64,000 nt of DNA, from contig NC_091978.1 in assembly GCF_044704955.1 (NCBI RefSeq), positions 212,598,001-212,662,000 on the forward strand. The letters are read 5' to 3'. The number at the start of each line of letters is the position of its first letter. Positions within the stretch are counted from its first letter, which is position 1. The notes beneath the pieces are model-generated. The model was not told the DNA's origin and did no database searches. It saw only the letters and a program-made list of their open reading frames with translations. This document shows, piece after piece, positions 38,289-52,107 of the stretch. Made by a program: the position numbers and the translations under genes. This stretch comes from Pristiophorus japonicus (taxonomy: Eukaryota).

Positions 38289-41100
38289 GTCTTTGAGGCA
38301 GTGAATTCCTGACACCCACCACCTTCTGGGTGACAAAAAGATTCTCCTCAACTCCCCTCTAATCCTTCTAACAATTACATTAAATCTATGTCTTCAGGTT
38401 ATTGACCTCTCTGTTATGGGAAATAGGTCCTTTTTATCCACTCTATCTAGGCCCCTTATAATTTTATACACCTCAATCAAGTCTCCCCTCAGTCTCCTCT
38501 GTTCCGAAGTAAACAACTCCAACTTATCAAATCTGTTCTCATAGCTAAAATTCTCCAGTCCTAGCAACATCCTTGTAAATCTCCTCTGTACCCTCTCTAG
38601 TACAATCACGTATTTCCTGTACTGTGGTGACCAGAACTGTCAATAGTACTCTAGTTGTGGTCTAACTAGTGTTTTATGCAGTTCCGGCATAACCTCCCTG
38701 CTTTGATATTCTATGCCTCGGCTAATAAAGGAAAGTATCCCGTATACCTTCTTAACATTTATCTACCTGGCCTGCTACCTTCAGGGATCTGTGGACATGC
38801 ACTCCAAGGTCCCTCTGTTCCTCTTCTTATAAGAAATCATATAAAAATATTAAATAATAATATTGATTGTAGAATTATTGAAATTCTATAAACTTTTAAT
38901 GTTAAAATAATAAACTAAAATAAATCATCTTAAGTCATCTACATGGAAAGGAAATTTGAATAATGCAACATACCGTGAATCACCAGAACTGCTCAGAAAA
39001 TGCAAGAAATAAAGAAACACCAAGATATATGAAAGGAAATCAACAACAAAGCAAAGACAGACACAATACTTTGTCATAAAAACACTTTTTATAATGAAAT
39101 GCAAGAATCAAAAGTTTAATTTGGTTTTAAGAGAAAAATATTAGAAAGGAAATGGAAAAGAGAAAGCATCCAGTGTCACGTTTTTGAGATTTTGCTTAGA
39201 TATTTTTCTCAATATTCAGTTGCAAAGACCACTCCCATAAGCAATTCCTTAACGTCTATGGCTCAGAATTTGTTATGCGGTATCTGACAATGTAGTGAGC
39301 CCAGGGGTCCAAAATAAATTCTTAATACTGGATTTAGCTTACTGGATATTACCAGACCGCGGATCAGCATCAAATCCTCTTGTAACACCCTGAACTTCTA
39401 TTTTAACCCCAGAAAGTGAAATACACCTTTTCCATAGGTTATCGTCATAGTTTAAGCTATAAACAATGGGAAATGTTTAGGAAAAGTAATAGATAAGCAG
39501 TAATAATAGACAATACAGCAGAATACAATAGTTCACAGAACTTTACCTATACCTCCTCAATATAGATAACAGTGAGACCCATCACTAATTCTCTCACTAT
39601 TACCAGCCCATGGATCAGCATCTGTTGCATAACTTGCATGTGGGATTTCATTAGACTCCTATCTCAATGACCTTAGGAGGGCTACCTACCTGGGTGCACA
39701 TCCCTCTAGTTAAACCCCAGATATCCTTTGATACTCAGACATACGACACAGGACACTAAGACATTGTAGCCATATCATCTGATTATCACTCACTGAAGAT
39801 TTAAAGCAATAAGGCTATGCTTCCCAGAAGTTGTTCCCAAGGTGACAACTCAACTACATCCCGATTCAATAGCTTGATAAATATGTACATAGCTAACATG
39901 AACTATTTCAAAAAGAAACTCAAAATGGCTGAAGCCCAGCTAATATAAATCAGTTTGTCAATTTTTTCAAATCATTTTGGACTTACCAGACCCTCCACAA
40001 AACAAAGCAACCAGGTAAACAAGGTTGTAATTAAAACATCAGTATATTAATGCCTTCATGACCCAGAATCCAGACAGTTCATCTCTTGAGTTTGCTGGTG
40101 TTGTGTACTCAGGCAGAATGGCTTTTGCAGTAACATTTTAAAAACGGGACGAAGCAATTCTCAGAGAAAGTTACAAAAAATATGGAAACTTTCTTATAAT
40201 CTGAAATGTGAAATTCCCTATTCATCGCAGAAATAAGCAGAATGTGGCATACCCTTGTTCATTGGAAGTGAATATCCAGAAAATAGATACCAAAATGTAC
40301 AAAGGATCAATAAAAGCAAAACAGAAAAAGAATAAATCAAATTTCTGACAGATCTTCATTTCACTCTTGCAGTGTACGTTTGACTGATTAGCATTTGTAT
40401 GTTATACTGAGATATGCCAGTTTATCTGTAAAGTGGATTTTGAAACAGTACTTTCCTGAAAACTGCCCATTGGTGCTGAAAGTTCACATATTCAACTAAT
40501 GAAGGACATTCATGACAACAGCCAAAATCATCGTGTGCTGGCTCAAACAGAAAGGTGATAGCTCACATATTTCCATGAGAAAACATAGATCACTGACTGC
40601 TGGAAATGTTTCTCAACAGAAGGAGCAGAATCTGAGGTTCAGTGTAAGCACATTTGCTAAAGCATGTTTTACTTTGAATAAAAACGCTAAGATGCTCCAG
40701 CAATTATAACATTTCTTCAAACAAGTCAACACAAAAATGATACCATCACCATTTGGAATATCCAAAATCTGAAACAGAATTGTCGGTTAGAGAACATTTC
40801 CTAACAGAAACGCAGCTGCAAGACACTGCTAATGTCAACGAAAAATTGGCTTGTCTACAAGGTTGGGGAAGATCATAAAAGAATACAAGAAATTATTAAT
40901 ATTGTCAGTTGTTGCAGAGATAAACATTGTCCTGGTTATTTCCCCTGTTCCTCATTGTACAATGGATGCCATCTTAAGGTAAATGAAGAGTAAATGAAAT
41001 AATAATGGCCTCTGGATATTCAACACCAACAGAATGCTTAATTCCATCAGAACCAGAGGATAAAATATATGTCAAAAATAAAGCATTACACGATATTTAC

Positions 41101-41192
41101 CTGATGCTGGGAACTGCTTCCTCGACTACCAGATCTGACAAGATGTAATGATGCTTTTCCAGCAGGAACCTACTTATTACAGAATCCCGAAC
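41101..41192 (-). CDS. CC2D2A: CC2D2A coding exon, 92 nt, phase 0-2
   Basis: cttag|GTT...CAG|gtaaa. Translates VRDSVISRFLLEKHHYILSDLVVEEAVPSI(S). Confidence 0.92.
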
Positions 41193-41369
41193 CTAAGAAA
41201 GCAAAAAAGGTGTCAATTATTGCTCCCCTATTTTGCTTCTTCTCAGAATTTCAGTTCCCTCATCACTCCATATGCACGTCCTAAGCATAAGCCTGTTTCT
41301 GCAATGTAGAGTTTTCAACTTCAAAGACAAAATCTTCTAAAATCTATACCTAATAAACAGAATTATAAC

Positions 41370-41930
41370 AGCTTAACATTTATAATAGTGCCTTTCATGT
41401 AATAAAATGTCCCAAGGTGCTTCACAGGAGCGTAATCAGAAAAAAATGACACCACGCCGAAGAAGGAGACATTAGTATAGATGACCAAAAGCTTGGTCAA
41501 AGAGTTAGGTTTTAAAGACTCTTAAAAGGAGAGGTCGAGAGGATTAGGGAGAGAATTCCAAAGCTTAGGGTCTAGATGGCTGAAGGCAAGGCCGCCAATG
41601 ATGGGGGAAAGGAAGCGGTGAATGGACAAAAGGCCAGAGTTGGAGGAATGCTGTGTTCTCGGAGGGCTGTACAGGAATTTACAGAGATATTGAGTGGCGA
41701 GGTCATGGAGCGTTTTGAATGTGACAATGAGAATTTTAAAATTGAGGCATTCGGGGACTGGAAGCGAGCACAGGGTTATGGGTGAATGGGACTTGGTCCG
41801 AGCTAGAATATGGGCAGCAGAGTTTTGGATGAGCTTAAGTTCATTGAAGGTGGAAGATGGTAGGCTGACCAGGAGAGCACTAGAATATTAGAGTCTGGAA
41901 GTAACAAAATTATGGATGAGGACTAAAATG
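41370..41930 (-). mobile_element. L2-related 3' fragment
   Basis: Same tail and body as 30945-31335. Confidence 0.65.
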
Positions 41931-42075
41931 TAATATACATGAATTATCTAAGGAAAATATATTGAAAAAACTCAGAACATCAAGCAGCTACCTGGTTTGA
42001 TAAGCTAATATTTTATTGGCTGTGAACAATTGTTTCCCTGAAGCAACAGTTTCTGCTTACACCATTGCAGCCTAT

Positions 42076-42405
42076 GTGTGTCAACTGTGGCTCAGTTGGT
42101 AGCACCCTTGTTTCGGAGTCAGAAGGTTGTGGGTTCAAGTCTCACTCCAGAGACTTGAGCACAAAAATCTAGGCTGTCATTCCAGTGCCATACTGTGGGA
42201 GTGCTGCACTGTCGGAGATGCCGTCTTTCGGCTGAGATGCTAAACCGAGGCTCCATCTGTTCTCTCAGGTGGGCATAAAAGATTCCATGGCACTATTTCA
42301 AAGAAGAGCAGGGGAGTTGTCCTCTGTGGCCTGACAAATATTTATCCCTCAATTAAGTGACTACACTTCAGCGTCTTGAGGTCATGAAAGGTGCATTATA
42401 AATAT
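42076..42405 (+). mobile_element. tRNA-derived Deu-domain SINE (internally deleted)
   Basis: GTGGCTCAGTTGGTAGCAC ... GGTTCAAGT head. Reverse complement of the 17679-18138 family. Confidence 0.8.
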
Positions 42406-45400
42406 TAATTTATTGTTTTTGATGTTAATATTTGCTGCATTAAACCAAACATAAACTATCACTTTCTAAATTAGTCTACAAAATACAATGCATCTTTTTC
42501 AGTATTATTTCAGATGGATGTATTTTTTTCCCAGAGACTCGGGATCCTTATAACTAAATTTCTCATTTGTTTTTGTTTTAAAGATTGCACCACAAAAAGG
42601 CACTTCTGTTCTTTAAATTATTAAAAATGAAGAAAAACACATTACTTTGTTGGGCCCTGCAACTGGAAATGAGCAACATTGAGTGGGAAGAACAGGGATC
42701 GAATGCACAGCACCATAACAACACACAAGTGGGTCTGAAGAGGTGAGAGGGAAATGACCGAATGAATTGTATTTAAAATGACAAACTGTTTACTTTCCTT
42801 TGTTGAGGAACTTTACACAAGTACTGCTTAGGGTTTAATTGCATTTTATTGTGTTCCCTGGAGTAATCCTTTAAAAACAGACCAGTTTTAACCCTCAACC
42901 AAGGATATATACTGCCTCAAATATTTAACCAGTGACCTGTTGCTCAGAATCTGCAGCATTACATGCTACTTATTTCCTGCACTGACTAGATCACAATCAA
43001 CAAGGTATTCAGGAATGCACAGCTAATGTACATTCGATGTCATTACATAAAGATTGTTTTACACTAAATATACGTGGTCCTAAAGGAATGATGCTCAGAA
43101 ACCTTTGACATCCACACGCAGCTCCCCCCCTCCCCTTTATGTTTGTTGGTAAACATAAAACACCTTACCCTAGTTACGTGACGAGCAGACAGTAAGCTCA
43201 GGGGACCATTCGGAAAGTTGGTCTCTGATGCCATTGTGTCTCTGGAGGTTGGCAGCTTTATATTTACAAATGCTACTGAGAAAAGGCAAGTCATATCTCT
43301 TGTTGAATGAAATGTAAAACCCCGTTAAATGGCTGTTGGCCCTCATCATCCCAGTGTTTAACAGAATTTCTAAACTCTGAATGTTAAACAAATGATACCG
43401 AGGAGCGATTAAAAGATAGTAATCCATTGAAATCAAATGACCCCCACAAGCTGTAAAAAGCATTGCTTGAGCAGTTTGCAACTGTTCCCCTGAAACCAGT
43501 GGCAAATTTAGTCTTGTTGTAAATGTCATGCACTAGCAATGATCCAGCACAATTTAGGGCTGAGAAATACTTTCAATATAAAAAGCAGTGATATTTCTGC
43601 ACCACCATTTTCTACACTGACAACCATGTTGGCAATAAGTCACCAGCTGGAGGTGGTTGTTTGATTCAAGAAATGTTGAAGTTAAAACAATTTTTTCTTT
43701 AAAATAAAAAAACGTGACCAACTGTACCACTAACATTTTAAAGACAGGAAGGCGGAAATTCTGCCCCCGGGAAGGGTGATGTAATTCAATCACAGCGGTG
43801 GCAGTGGGAGAGTCACAACGTGGGGTGAAAACCGGATCCGCACAAGGACTCTTAATCCAGCAGGAGGGAAGGGAGAGGAAAGAGCAGAAGCAATCTTTGC
43901 TTGCTCCAGTTACACTACTCCAACAGTCTGGGGCAGTCCCAGTAATTCCACCCGAAAGGCCAGGCATAGATCCTTTTGTGGTTCTACACTGGCGCCTATA
44001 ATGGAGAAGGGAAATGGCAATTGATCTCAGAAGGATTATTGGAAGAGAGGCCACAACACTTCCATTAAAAAAAAAACATTTTGACTTTACTTTCCTTCAG
44101 CCAAATATGTGCCTTGTGCTCCCAGTTTACGAGCGGCAAGGTAACGCTCTGAATTCCCAGTGGCATTGCCAGGCAGTGACCTCTACTGCAATCTGTGGGC
44201 ATGTGATGACTGGCTGGAAAATTTAAATGACCCAATCCCCAAAGTCACGAACAGGGTGAACTGGCAGGTGGAAATCTTGCGCTGTTGAAATTCTGCACCC
44301 CTCGATAGGGCTCCCTAAAAGTTTACAGAAAGTCTATTTTTTCTACAAAAGTCATAATTAATTTGTGAAATAAAAAATCATGGTCTCCTAACAGGTTTGT
44401 TGGTGCAGAAAGTGGTGCTACAGAAAGTCCACTATGTTTTAATCTTCAGTGACAATGAAGTTCATTCTTACCTAACGCAGCAGCATTTTACCAGCTGTCT
44501 CTATGATGACAAGCCAGCACTTTACATCATATGTAGCTGGAGGTTTTGTTTCCTGCTGACTGCTGCCTTCTAGGTTTAAAAGTGTCTTTTTTTAAATGCA
44601 GCATTAAATTTGTGATGAATTTCTAATGTTACTCTGAATGCTAAAGTAGTCACATGAAGGAAGACATACAATCATTTAAATTACAGTACAGGAGAAGGCC
44701 ATTTTGCTCATTGTGCCTATGTTCGTGATAATTCTTTACAGGAGCTACCATAATCCCATTCCAATGCCCTTTCCACATATTCTTTTTATTTACTCCAATT
44801 CCCTTTTAAGCAATGTTACAGGCCTTGAAATTTCTGCGTGATTTTTCCGATTTTCTGCTATAATCTCAATAGACCTCTGCAGAATTGAAGGGAGAAATTT
44901 GACCTTTCACTCATTTTTCGGCAGTAAAACGAGAAAAAACCTTACCAAAAGCAGGTCGGGATCAGCCATGCCCGATCTGCACCCGAAGCTCGCTGGCTGC
45001 CATTTTGGATCGGGCAATTGTTCGTCTCACAGGACACCCGCCTGAAACAGGCGTTAGGCTCCTTGGATATGCTAATCAGCGGCCTAGTTCCTGTTTCAGG
45101 ACCCCAATGCCAAATTGGACAAAAACTGGATGGAACCTGCACCGAGCATGCTCCGTTCAGTTTTTCTGGGTCTATGATGGCCTAATCAGCGATCCTAACC
45201 AGAGGTCACCGAAGATGAGCTGAGCTTCCAGTTCTCATTTCCCTTAATGTGGAGACTCTGCAGACCGCCCTGCCCACACCACTTCCCCCCTCCCAGGACT
45301 CACCTGCGAGCCGACATGAAATTCGAGTAGGCAGATTTATGGAAGGCCCAGACTGGCGAGCTCCATTGGGATGCCTGATTGGCATTTGTTGCTCGCCGGT

Positions 45401-45559
45401 ATTATGGAGATGAGGTTCAAATTGGGAAAGCTTTTGGGCTCTGTCTTTGGACACACGTTTTCAACATGTTGCCAATTTGCACTGGTTCATACACAAACTC
45501 AGTTTCTTCCCCACGGTGTTTTCAGCCATTTATGTCATTATGGTGGGAGATCAGGTCAA

Positions 45560-47100
45560 TCATCTTGGAAATACAAGGCCGTAGTCTCTTCCTCAATAGC
45601 CAATGTGGTGAATCAATCCATGTTCTAACAACCCTCTGTTTGAATGAAAGTTCTTTTAACTTTCCCCATGGCTCTTCTGCTGATCACTCTCAATCTTCCA
45701 GCAAATTGTATATTATTTATCACAATTTGCTATGTCCCTTAAATTGGTATTGAAAAAAGACTCATTTTTTAACTATGTCCTCTCATTCCTCATGGCATTC
45801 TAGTGAGTCTTTATGTAAACTTTCATGGCCAATACTCCCACATTGGCCTAATCAATGTCTTGTACAAATTCTACATCGCTTCCTTAGTTTTATATTCAGT
45901 GCGTCTATTTATAAATTCAGAATCCCATTTGCTTTTTTCATGGTCTATTTGCCTGCATTGAACCTTATATAAGCGCCCTACAACCCATCTGTCTTCCTGA
46001 AAATTGTTGCATTCTTCATCACAATTTGCCATGCCCCTTAAATTGGTATTTTCAGCAAGCTGTAATATCATTCCTCTTGTGGCTATATCTAAATCATCTG
46101 TACAAATGGGAAACAAAAAAGGTCCCAGCTCACTACTCACAACCCACCAATACAAAAAAAAATAATTTACCACCTACTCTCTGCTTTCGGTCCCCAAGCC
46201 ATCTCGTTATTCATGTACCTACATCTTCCTATCTATACACCGATATTCTCAAAAATTTAAATTAAATTAAATGCCCTTTATGAACCCATGCTGATGAACC
46301 CTAGCCCATGCCTTTCTGTTGATAACATTTAGTGCCCCATAATCATTTGGTAGAAGTTCCATTTCCAAAAATTTTTGTAAAATTATAGTTAATGCTACAC
46401 TCTCCCTAACCTACTTCATTATTCTGTGATGCACGCTAACTAGGTCTGGGGATTTTTCTATTTCAATCCTATTCATTTTTTAAAATTTTCCTTTTCTTTT
46501 GAATATTTATCTCCACTAGTGGCTCTTTCACATTTTCCTCCAGTAGTTCTGCAGTCCTACTTTTATATTTCTCTGTTAAAAACTGAGCCAAAATAAGTAA
46601 ACAATTCTGCTATTCCCTCTTTATAAAGTACAAGTTAGCTCCCTAAGTTGTCCTACCCCTTCTTTGACTACCTCTATATGACGTACTATTAAAAGATTGT
46701 ACTACTTCTCTTTATGGTGAATGCCAGTCTTCTTTTGTACTCCCTTTTAGACTTTCTAATCTCCCTTTTGGCTTCCTTTCTTTACTTTTTATGTTTGCGA
46801 TAGCTTTCTTTTGTATCTTCTCCCCTCTATTTATTACATGCCTCTTTTGTAAAACCTAGTTTTTGCTCCATCAATTTAACCACAGAGCCGAAGCCTTTGA
46901 TGAAATTCCTTTATGCCTGGTTCGAACATATTTAATCTGTACCTTATCCATCTCGATATTAAATAGAACCCATTGCTTGATTTGATATTTTTTCCAATCG
47001 ATTGATAATGTGCTTCACTTCCTTTCATCCCACTCATATTAGCTAACTTACAGTTCAACACCTTTATCTTTGACTCCTCTTTTTCGTTTATGATCTAAAA
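45560..47100 (-). mobile_element. Very old, degraded CR1 remnant
   Basis: Minus strand SELGPFLFPICTDDLD..QLAENTNL, a decayed form of [22 protein letters not shown]. Confidence 0.55.
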
Positions 47101-47653
47101 CTCAGGAGCAGTGCGAGTTGACACCAGTGCCCAACTTCCTGATCCATACTTCTATCGAACAAGACACTGCCAGGAGCAGAGTTTTTGAAAATTTACCTTT
47201 GTATGTGAAGAATTACTCATGATAAATGATTGAATTAATTTGCATAGGATAGAAGACTAAGGGTTCTGTAATTGCCTGTTTTGTCACACTTAATTGAATA
47301 TGTGCATCACATAGGCCTGGCCTATTTCCAATGTTTTGGAATCTCCCCAGTGCCCATTAATTCCCTCATAATTATGGTCAGAATCTTGCCAATCTATTCC
47401 TCAGCCCTCTGTTGTTTTGAGCCATTTTAGCCTTTTGAGGTATTCCATCTCATTTATATCAAAGTCACTGATTCAGAATACTTACGACAATCCAGTTGCA
47501 ACTTTTACGGTTCTCACCTCTTCTCTGACTGCTCTTACAGTTGTGGAACTGAAATAATTTTCTTTAGTGTATGTTTAGTCTCAGCTGCTACCTTTTTTAC
47601 TAGATCTCTCTATGGCCCTCTGAACACCCTTTTAATTTGTATCTGCATTATAT

Positions 47654-48418
47654 TGGTCAAAACTTGCTGGAACAATAATGGTGTGTTAAAGATGCACGCC
47701 ATTATTAATATGCAAATCAGCCAGCATGTTCAGGGGATTGAGGGATACACTGCAAGTTGTGAATCTCCAGAACTTGCTGGTCGATTTAAACAGCTCCACT
47801 GTTTGCTTTGCACAAACGGCAAATCGCCTTTAGCCTCCCTGTTATTTTTAAGATCTTGCTAGATTTGCACATCAATTGCCCATTAAACTCGCTGCATTAA
47901 GTTAGGGCTGGTGATTAAGAGCATAAGTACCCTTTCAATTACATAATAATTGTTAATACAATACCAAACAATCTCTCTTGCTCACAAAGGGAACAATTTA
48001 AACTGTTGATTCTCATTCCTGCATGTAGTAAATTCTTAAGAGTTTAAAAAAAATCAAATGTTATATATTAAAATGTTTTCTTACTTTGCCTATCTGTCTC
48101 TTTTACTCTCTATCTTAATCCAATCTTTCCTTCCTTCTCTTTATTTCCCTTTCTATACCTGATTTGACTCTAACTTGCCCTCCTTCTCCATCATTCCTAG
48201 GTTTCTTTCTCTATCCTTAAACCCCATTGGTTAAGGCGATACACTGTTGGTTCCACCGGTCACTAAGGTCTCAGATATTCCATTGCCCTTGCCACGCTGC
48301 TATCAGCTTGCATTTCCAGGAAATTGCGGTGCAAACATTTTTCTAGCTGAAGGTTGCAGGAAAAAGTCTAACTAATGACGTACACTGTGAGGTGCCCTGC
48401 TCCAGCAAGACTTGGCCC
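47654..48418. mobile_element. ~770-bp non-autonomous TIR element (same family as 22319-23100)
   Basis: Ends TGGTCAAAACTTGCTGGA and TCCAGCAAGACTTGGCCC. Shared blocks include cattggttaagg.gata and agctgaagg.tgcagg. Confidence 0.65.
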
Positions 48419-48627
48419 AATATATTCAGACCAGCAAACACATTCCCCTTCATTCTTGCAGGATTTGTAAAGGTCATGCTTTCTGTTTATCTCACTTTTA
48501 ATTTATTTATTAATGAATTTAGGGACACATTTTTTGATTTTTGGTATGTTTATCCTGCATGCTCAGCATCATACTTTTAAATGTGTTCTACTTGTCTTGC
48601 ACTGAAGTACTGAACAACCTCTTTAAT

Positions 48628-49230
48628 CATAGAATCATAGAAATTTACAGCACGGAAGGAGGCCATTTCGGCCCATTGTGTCCGCACCGGCCGACAAAGA
48701 GTTATCCAGCTTAATCCCACTTTCCAGCTCTTGGTCAGTAGCCCTATAGGTTACGGTACTTCAATTGCACATCCAAATACTTTTTAAATGTGGTGAGGGG
48801 TTCTGTCTCTACCACCCTTTCAGGCAGTGAGTTCCAGACCCCCACCACCCTCTGCGTAAAGAAATTTCCCCTCAAAACCTACCAATTATTTTAAATCTAT
48901 GCCTCCTGGTTGTTGACCCCTCTGCTAAGGTAAATAGGTCCTTTCTATCCACTCTATCTAGGCCCTTCATAATTTTATATATCTCAATAAGGTCTCCCCT
49001 CAGTCTCCTCTGTTCCAAAGAAAATAACCCCAGCCTATCCAATCTTTCCTCATAGCTAAAATTCTCCAGTCAGACACTATCCTCATAACTCTCCTCTGTA
49101 TCCTCTCTAGTGCAATCACATCTTTCCTGTAATGTGACCAGAACTGTACGCAATACTCTAGCTGTGACCTAACTAGTGTTTTATACAGGTCAAGCATAAC
49201 CTCCGTGCTCTTGTATTCTATTTGCTTTAC
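48628..49230 (-). mobile_element. CR1 3' fragment
   Basis: LYKTLVRSQLEYCVQFWS on the minus strand; tail catagaatcatagaaa. Confidence 0.85.
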
Positions 49231-49627
49231 TTGTTCATTGACTTCATTAAATTTAGCCCTCATCAACTTGGCTCCCGATAGGTTATGGCGCCCTACGTTA
49301 TGCTTGATCATTCTATGGTCACTATCACCCAGGGGTGCTAATGACTTTCATTTTGTATACATTTTCTGCATCATTAATAAAACACAAGATAAGTAGTAAT
49401 TTTCAGTGTAAAAATCAAATGCAATAATTATACATTCAATGAAAAAACTGAAAAAATAAACCCTTTTGTAAATTATACCTAGCACATTAAATCACTTAGC
49501 CAGGAGTTTGATGGCCAGAATCTGTACAAGGTTGAACTGAATGATTTTTACTGAAACTTTGAAAGTGTTGAGATTGTAATGCTAAATCCTAAAAGTATAC
49601 TGGCAGTTTTCCGTGTTATTAGATTAC

Positions 49628-49720
49628 CTTCTGCAGGTACCTAGCTACCAATGCTCTGTGGGCATCGAGGTGGCTTGTCATATCAATTACGTCTTTCTCA
49701 CGCTGTTTCTTCTCATATTC
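49628..49720 (-). CDS. CC2D2A: CC2D2A coding exon, 93 nt, phase 0-0
   Basis: tttag|GAA...AAG|gtaat. Translates EYEKKQREKDVIDMTSHLDAHRALVARYLQK (human [31 protein letters not shown]). Confidence 0.92.
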
Positions 49721-50904
49721 CTAAAGTAATAAAATAAAACAAAGCAAGATTCATTTGCAAACAGATTCCTAAAATAGCAAATTTGCTTCTGAATATTTGG
49801 TTGACTTACTCTTTCGCCCAATTCCCCCCCCCCTCCACCCTCTCTAGCGGGTATGAGCCTGGCAGCTTGAATGAGAAAAGTTCTGAAACTCACCATGTGC
49901 AGTTTCATGACTGAACATTGATGCCCCAAAGCACTATACTATCAAGTCATTGGATAAAATATTCTTAAATTGAGGTGATGTTAATGTTGCAGGCATGTAG
50001 AGAATTATTAACAGTATATTTGTATGTTGCACTGACAAACCTTAACATGATTTAATTTTTCATTTTACAGACCATAACCTAGGTTCACAGATTCTCAGCT
50101 ATTCTATTTGGATAAATCTCTTAGTTGAGGGGCAATTACAAATTTGAAGTGTTTTTTTAAATTTAAGTGTAAACTTAGCTTGTGGTTAATGTAACAAAAA
50201 TATAGATCCCTTGGTCAGTTTCCTTATTTTGGGACTTTTCTTGCTGACGAGCACGCACGAGGCGACAGGGAACACACTTTATTGTCTGCTATGCTGAAGT
50301 CATTATTTTGGGGTTGTGGCTTATTACTTTTGAACAAAAGGCAGTTTAATATGCTAATATCTGTTGAATCACTGGTGTCACTCCAACCTATAGTGTACTT
50401 GATAGCCAGCTCAACAAAGCCCTAATTTTCCAATAATCACATCATAAAAAATATTTAGAATATCTTGTGTAATTCATATCCTGGGGTGTCTTTGAGGTAC
50501 AGATTTCGATTGAAGACTGTATTTAGGGTGTATGCATGGGTTAGATCTCTGAGATGCAAGGTCAATATACTTTGTAGTTCTTTTTGTAGATAGCTCTGGG
50601 GCCAGGACCTTCTGAACGTGGATTACATAGGATATACGGCACAGAACCAGACCATTCGGCCAAACCAGACCACGTGGACTTATATTTTTCTGTCTCTACT
50701 TAGCTCAGTCAGTCCATCATAGGTACGAAGCTAATGAGGGCTCATGAACGTGTCGCATCATATCGGAAATGAGCAAATGTTTCCATGATCAATTTTATGA
50801 TCAGTTTTGATATTTTGACATTGATGAGTATAGTAAAGTTTGTAATTACTGCAAACATATTATTAGTACTGTTCATTTACTTGATTACTGTTAAATAAAT
50901 TCAT

Positions 50905-51632
50905 GAGTTCGTGAGTTCCGAGAGGTTGTGAGTTCGGGAGTTCTGAGAGGTCGTGAGTTCGGGAGTTCCAAGAGGTCGGAGTTCCAAGAGGTCGTGGTTC
51001 CAAGAGGTCGGGAGGTCTGAGGAGCAGAAGGCTCGAAGGTCGATGAGGATTTCAATTCTGACAAGTCGGGAGGTCAGTGTGTCGACGAGTCAGTAAGGCC
51101 CTGAGGTCGGCGAGTCGGGTGTTCGGTGAGTCAGGAGGTCGGTAAGGCCCTGAGGTCGGCGAGTTGGTAAGGCCCTAAGATCGGTGAGTTGGGAGGTCGG
51201 TGAGTCGGGAGGTCGGTGAATCGGTAAGGCCCTGAGGTCGGCAAGCTGGTAAGGCTCTGAGGTCGGCGAGTCGGGAGGTCGGCAAATAGGTAGGCCCTGT
51301 GAGGTCGGCGAGTGGGGAGTTCGGAGACCGGGAGTTCGCAGGCCTCGGAGGCCGAGAGATCGGGAGGCCACAGAGGTCGGTGAGTTCGGGAGGCCACTGA
51401 GGTCGGTGAGGTGAGTTGGTAAGTAGCTCTCTCTATTCTCGATTTCTTTTTAAGTACATTTTTAACTAGATAAGGCTAACTAGAGGAATAGTAGTGCAGC
51501 TCAGTCCTGTGGAATGCACATCCTGCGGCATGTGGGAAGTCCTGGATGCTTCGTGCAGCCTAGACAACCATGTGTGCAGGAGGTGTCTAAAGGGCTGCTG
51601 ACCAAGGGCCGTGTAAATTTCTATGTTTCTAT
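50905..51632 (+). mobile_element. CR1 5' end (tandem-repeat 5' UTR + ORF1 zinc-finger start) joined to a CR1-type tail
   Basis: GAGTTCGG/GAGGTCGG repeats at 50905-51420, then QLSPVECTSCGMWEVLDASCSLDNHVCRRC, then tttctatgtttctat. Confidence 0.6.
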
Positions 51633-52107
51633 CTGTTGGTTCATTACACCTCACCTCGCTTCCAAAGGTACAGCAGGAATTTCGAGACTACCATTTCTAG
51701 GATTTTAATATTTGGTCTTGTAGATGTGAGTGACACTGATAAGCCCTTGCCCTAAGAGTCAACAACACAAGTGTACGATTGAAGTTACATGTCAGCCAGG
51801 CAAAGGGAGGTGGGGGCTAGCTGGTTCCCTTCCTTGAAGAACATTAGTGAACCACTGTTTTTATTTAAATTCAGCAATCTGGCAGCTTTTGTTGTCATTT
51901 TATCTACTGCCAGCTCACAGCACATCAGATTTATTCAATTCAATTAACAAATTGTCTTGGTGGGATTTGAACTCATTAACTCATTAACTCTGGGTAGGTA
52001 GTCCAGTAACATAACCACTAGGTTATCATATTCTACTGTACATAGAATGCTTTTCAAGAATTAGATTCCAGGGTACTAGCGATCCTATGTAATGCCATTG
52101 ATCTTAC

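Larger units (their letters stand above)
34576..38825 (-). mobile_element. Older CR1 subfamily 3' portion (pieces 34576-34636, 37013-37120, 38290-38825) hosting two insertions
   Basis: The pieces join into a sequence collinear with the uninterrupted copy at 48628-49230. Confidence 0.7.

Noticed and set aside
39987-39992. 6-nt microexon candidate with a gtaagt donor
   Set aside because: The GAG acceptor is weak and such a short match can arise by chance.
40253-40276. 24-nt frame-preserving microexon candidate with a gtatgc donor and long pyrimidine tract
   Set aside because: The acceptor would be TG rather than AG, which cannot be supported without transcripts.
42076-42150. tRNA gene-like A/B boxes (also near 18070-18138, 22250-22310 and 30305-30370)
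   Set aside because: These are SINE heads that continue into a SINE body, with no proper cloverleaf or terminator.
43064-45460. Several 60-166 aa ORFs
   Set aside because: They show no recognisable domains and overlap probable MITE remnants and intronic sequence.
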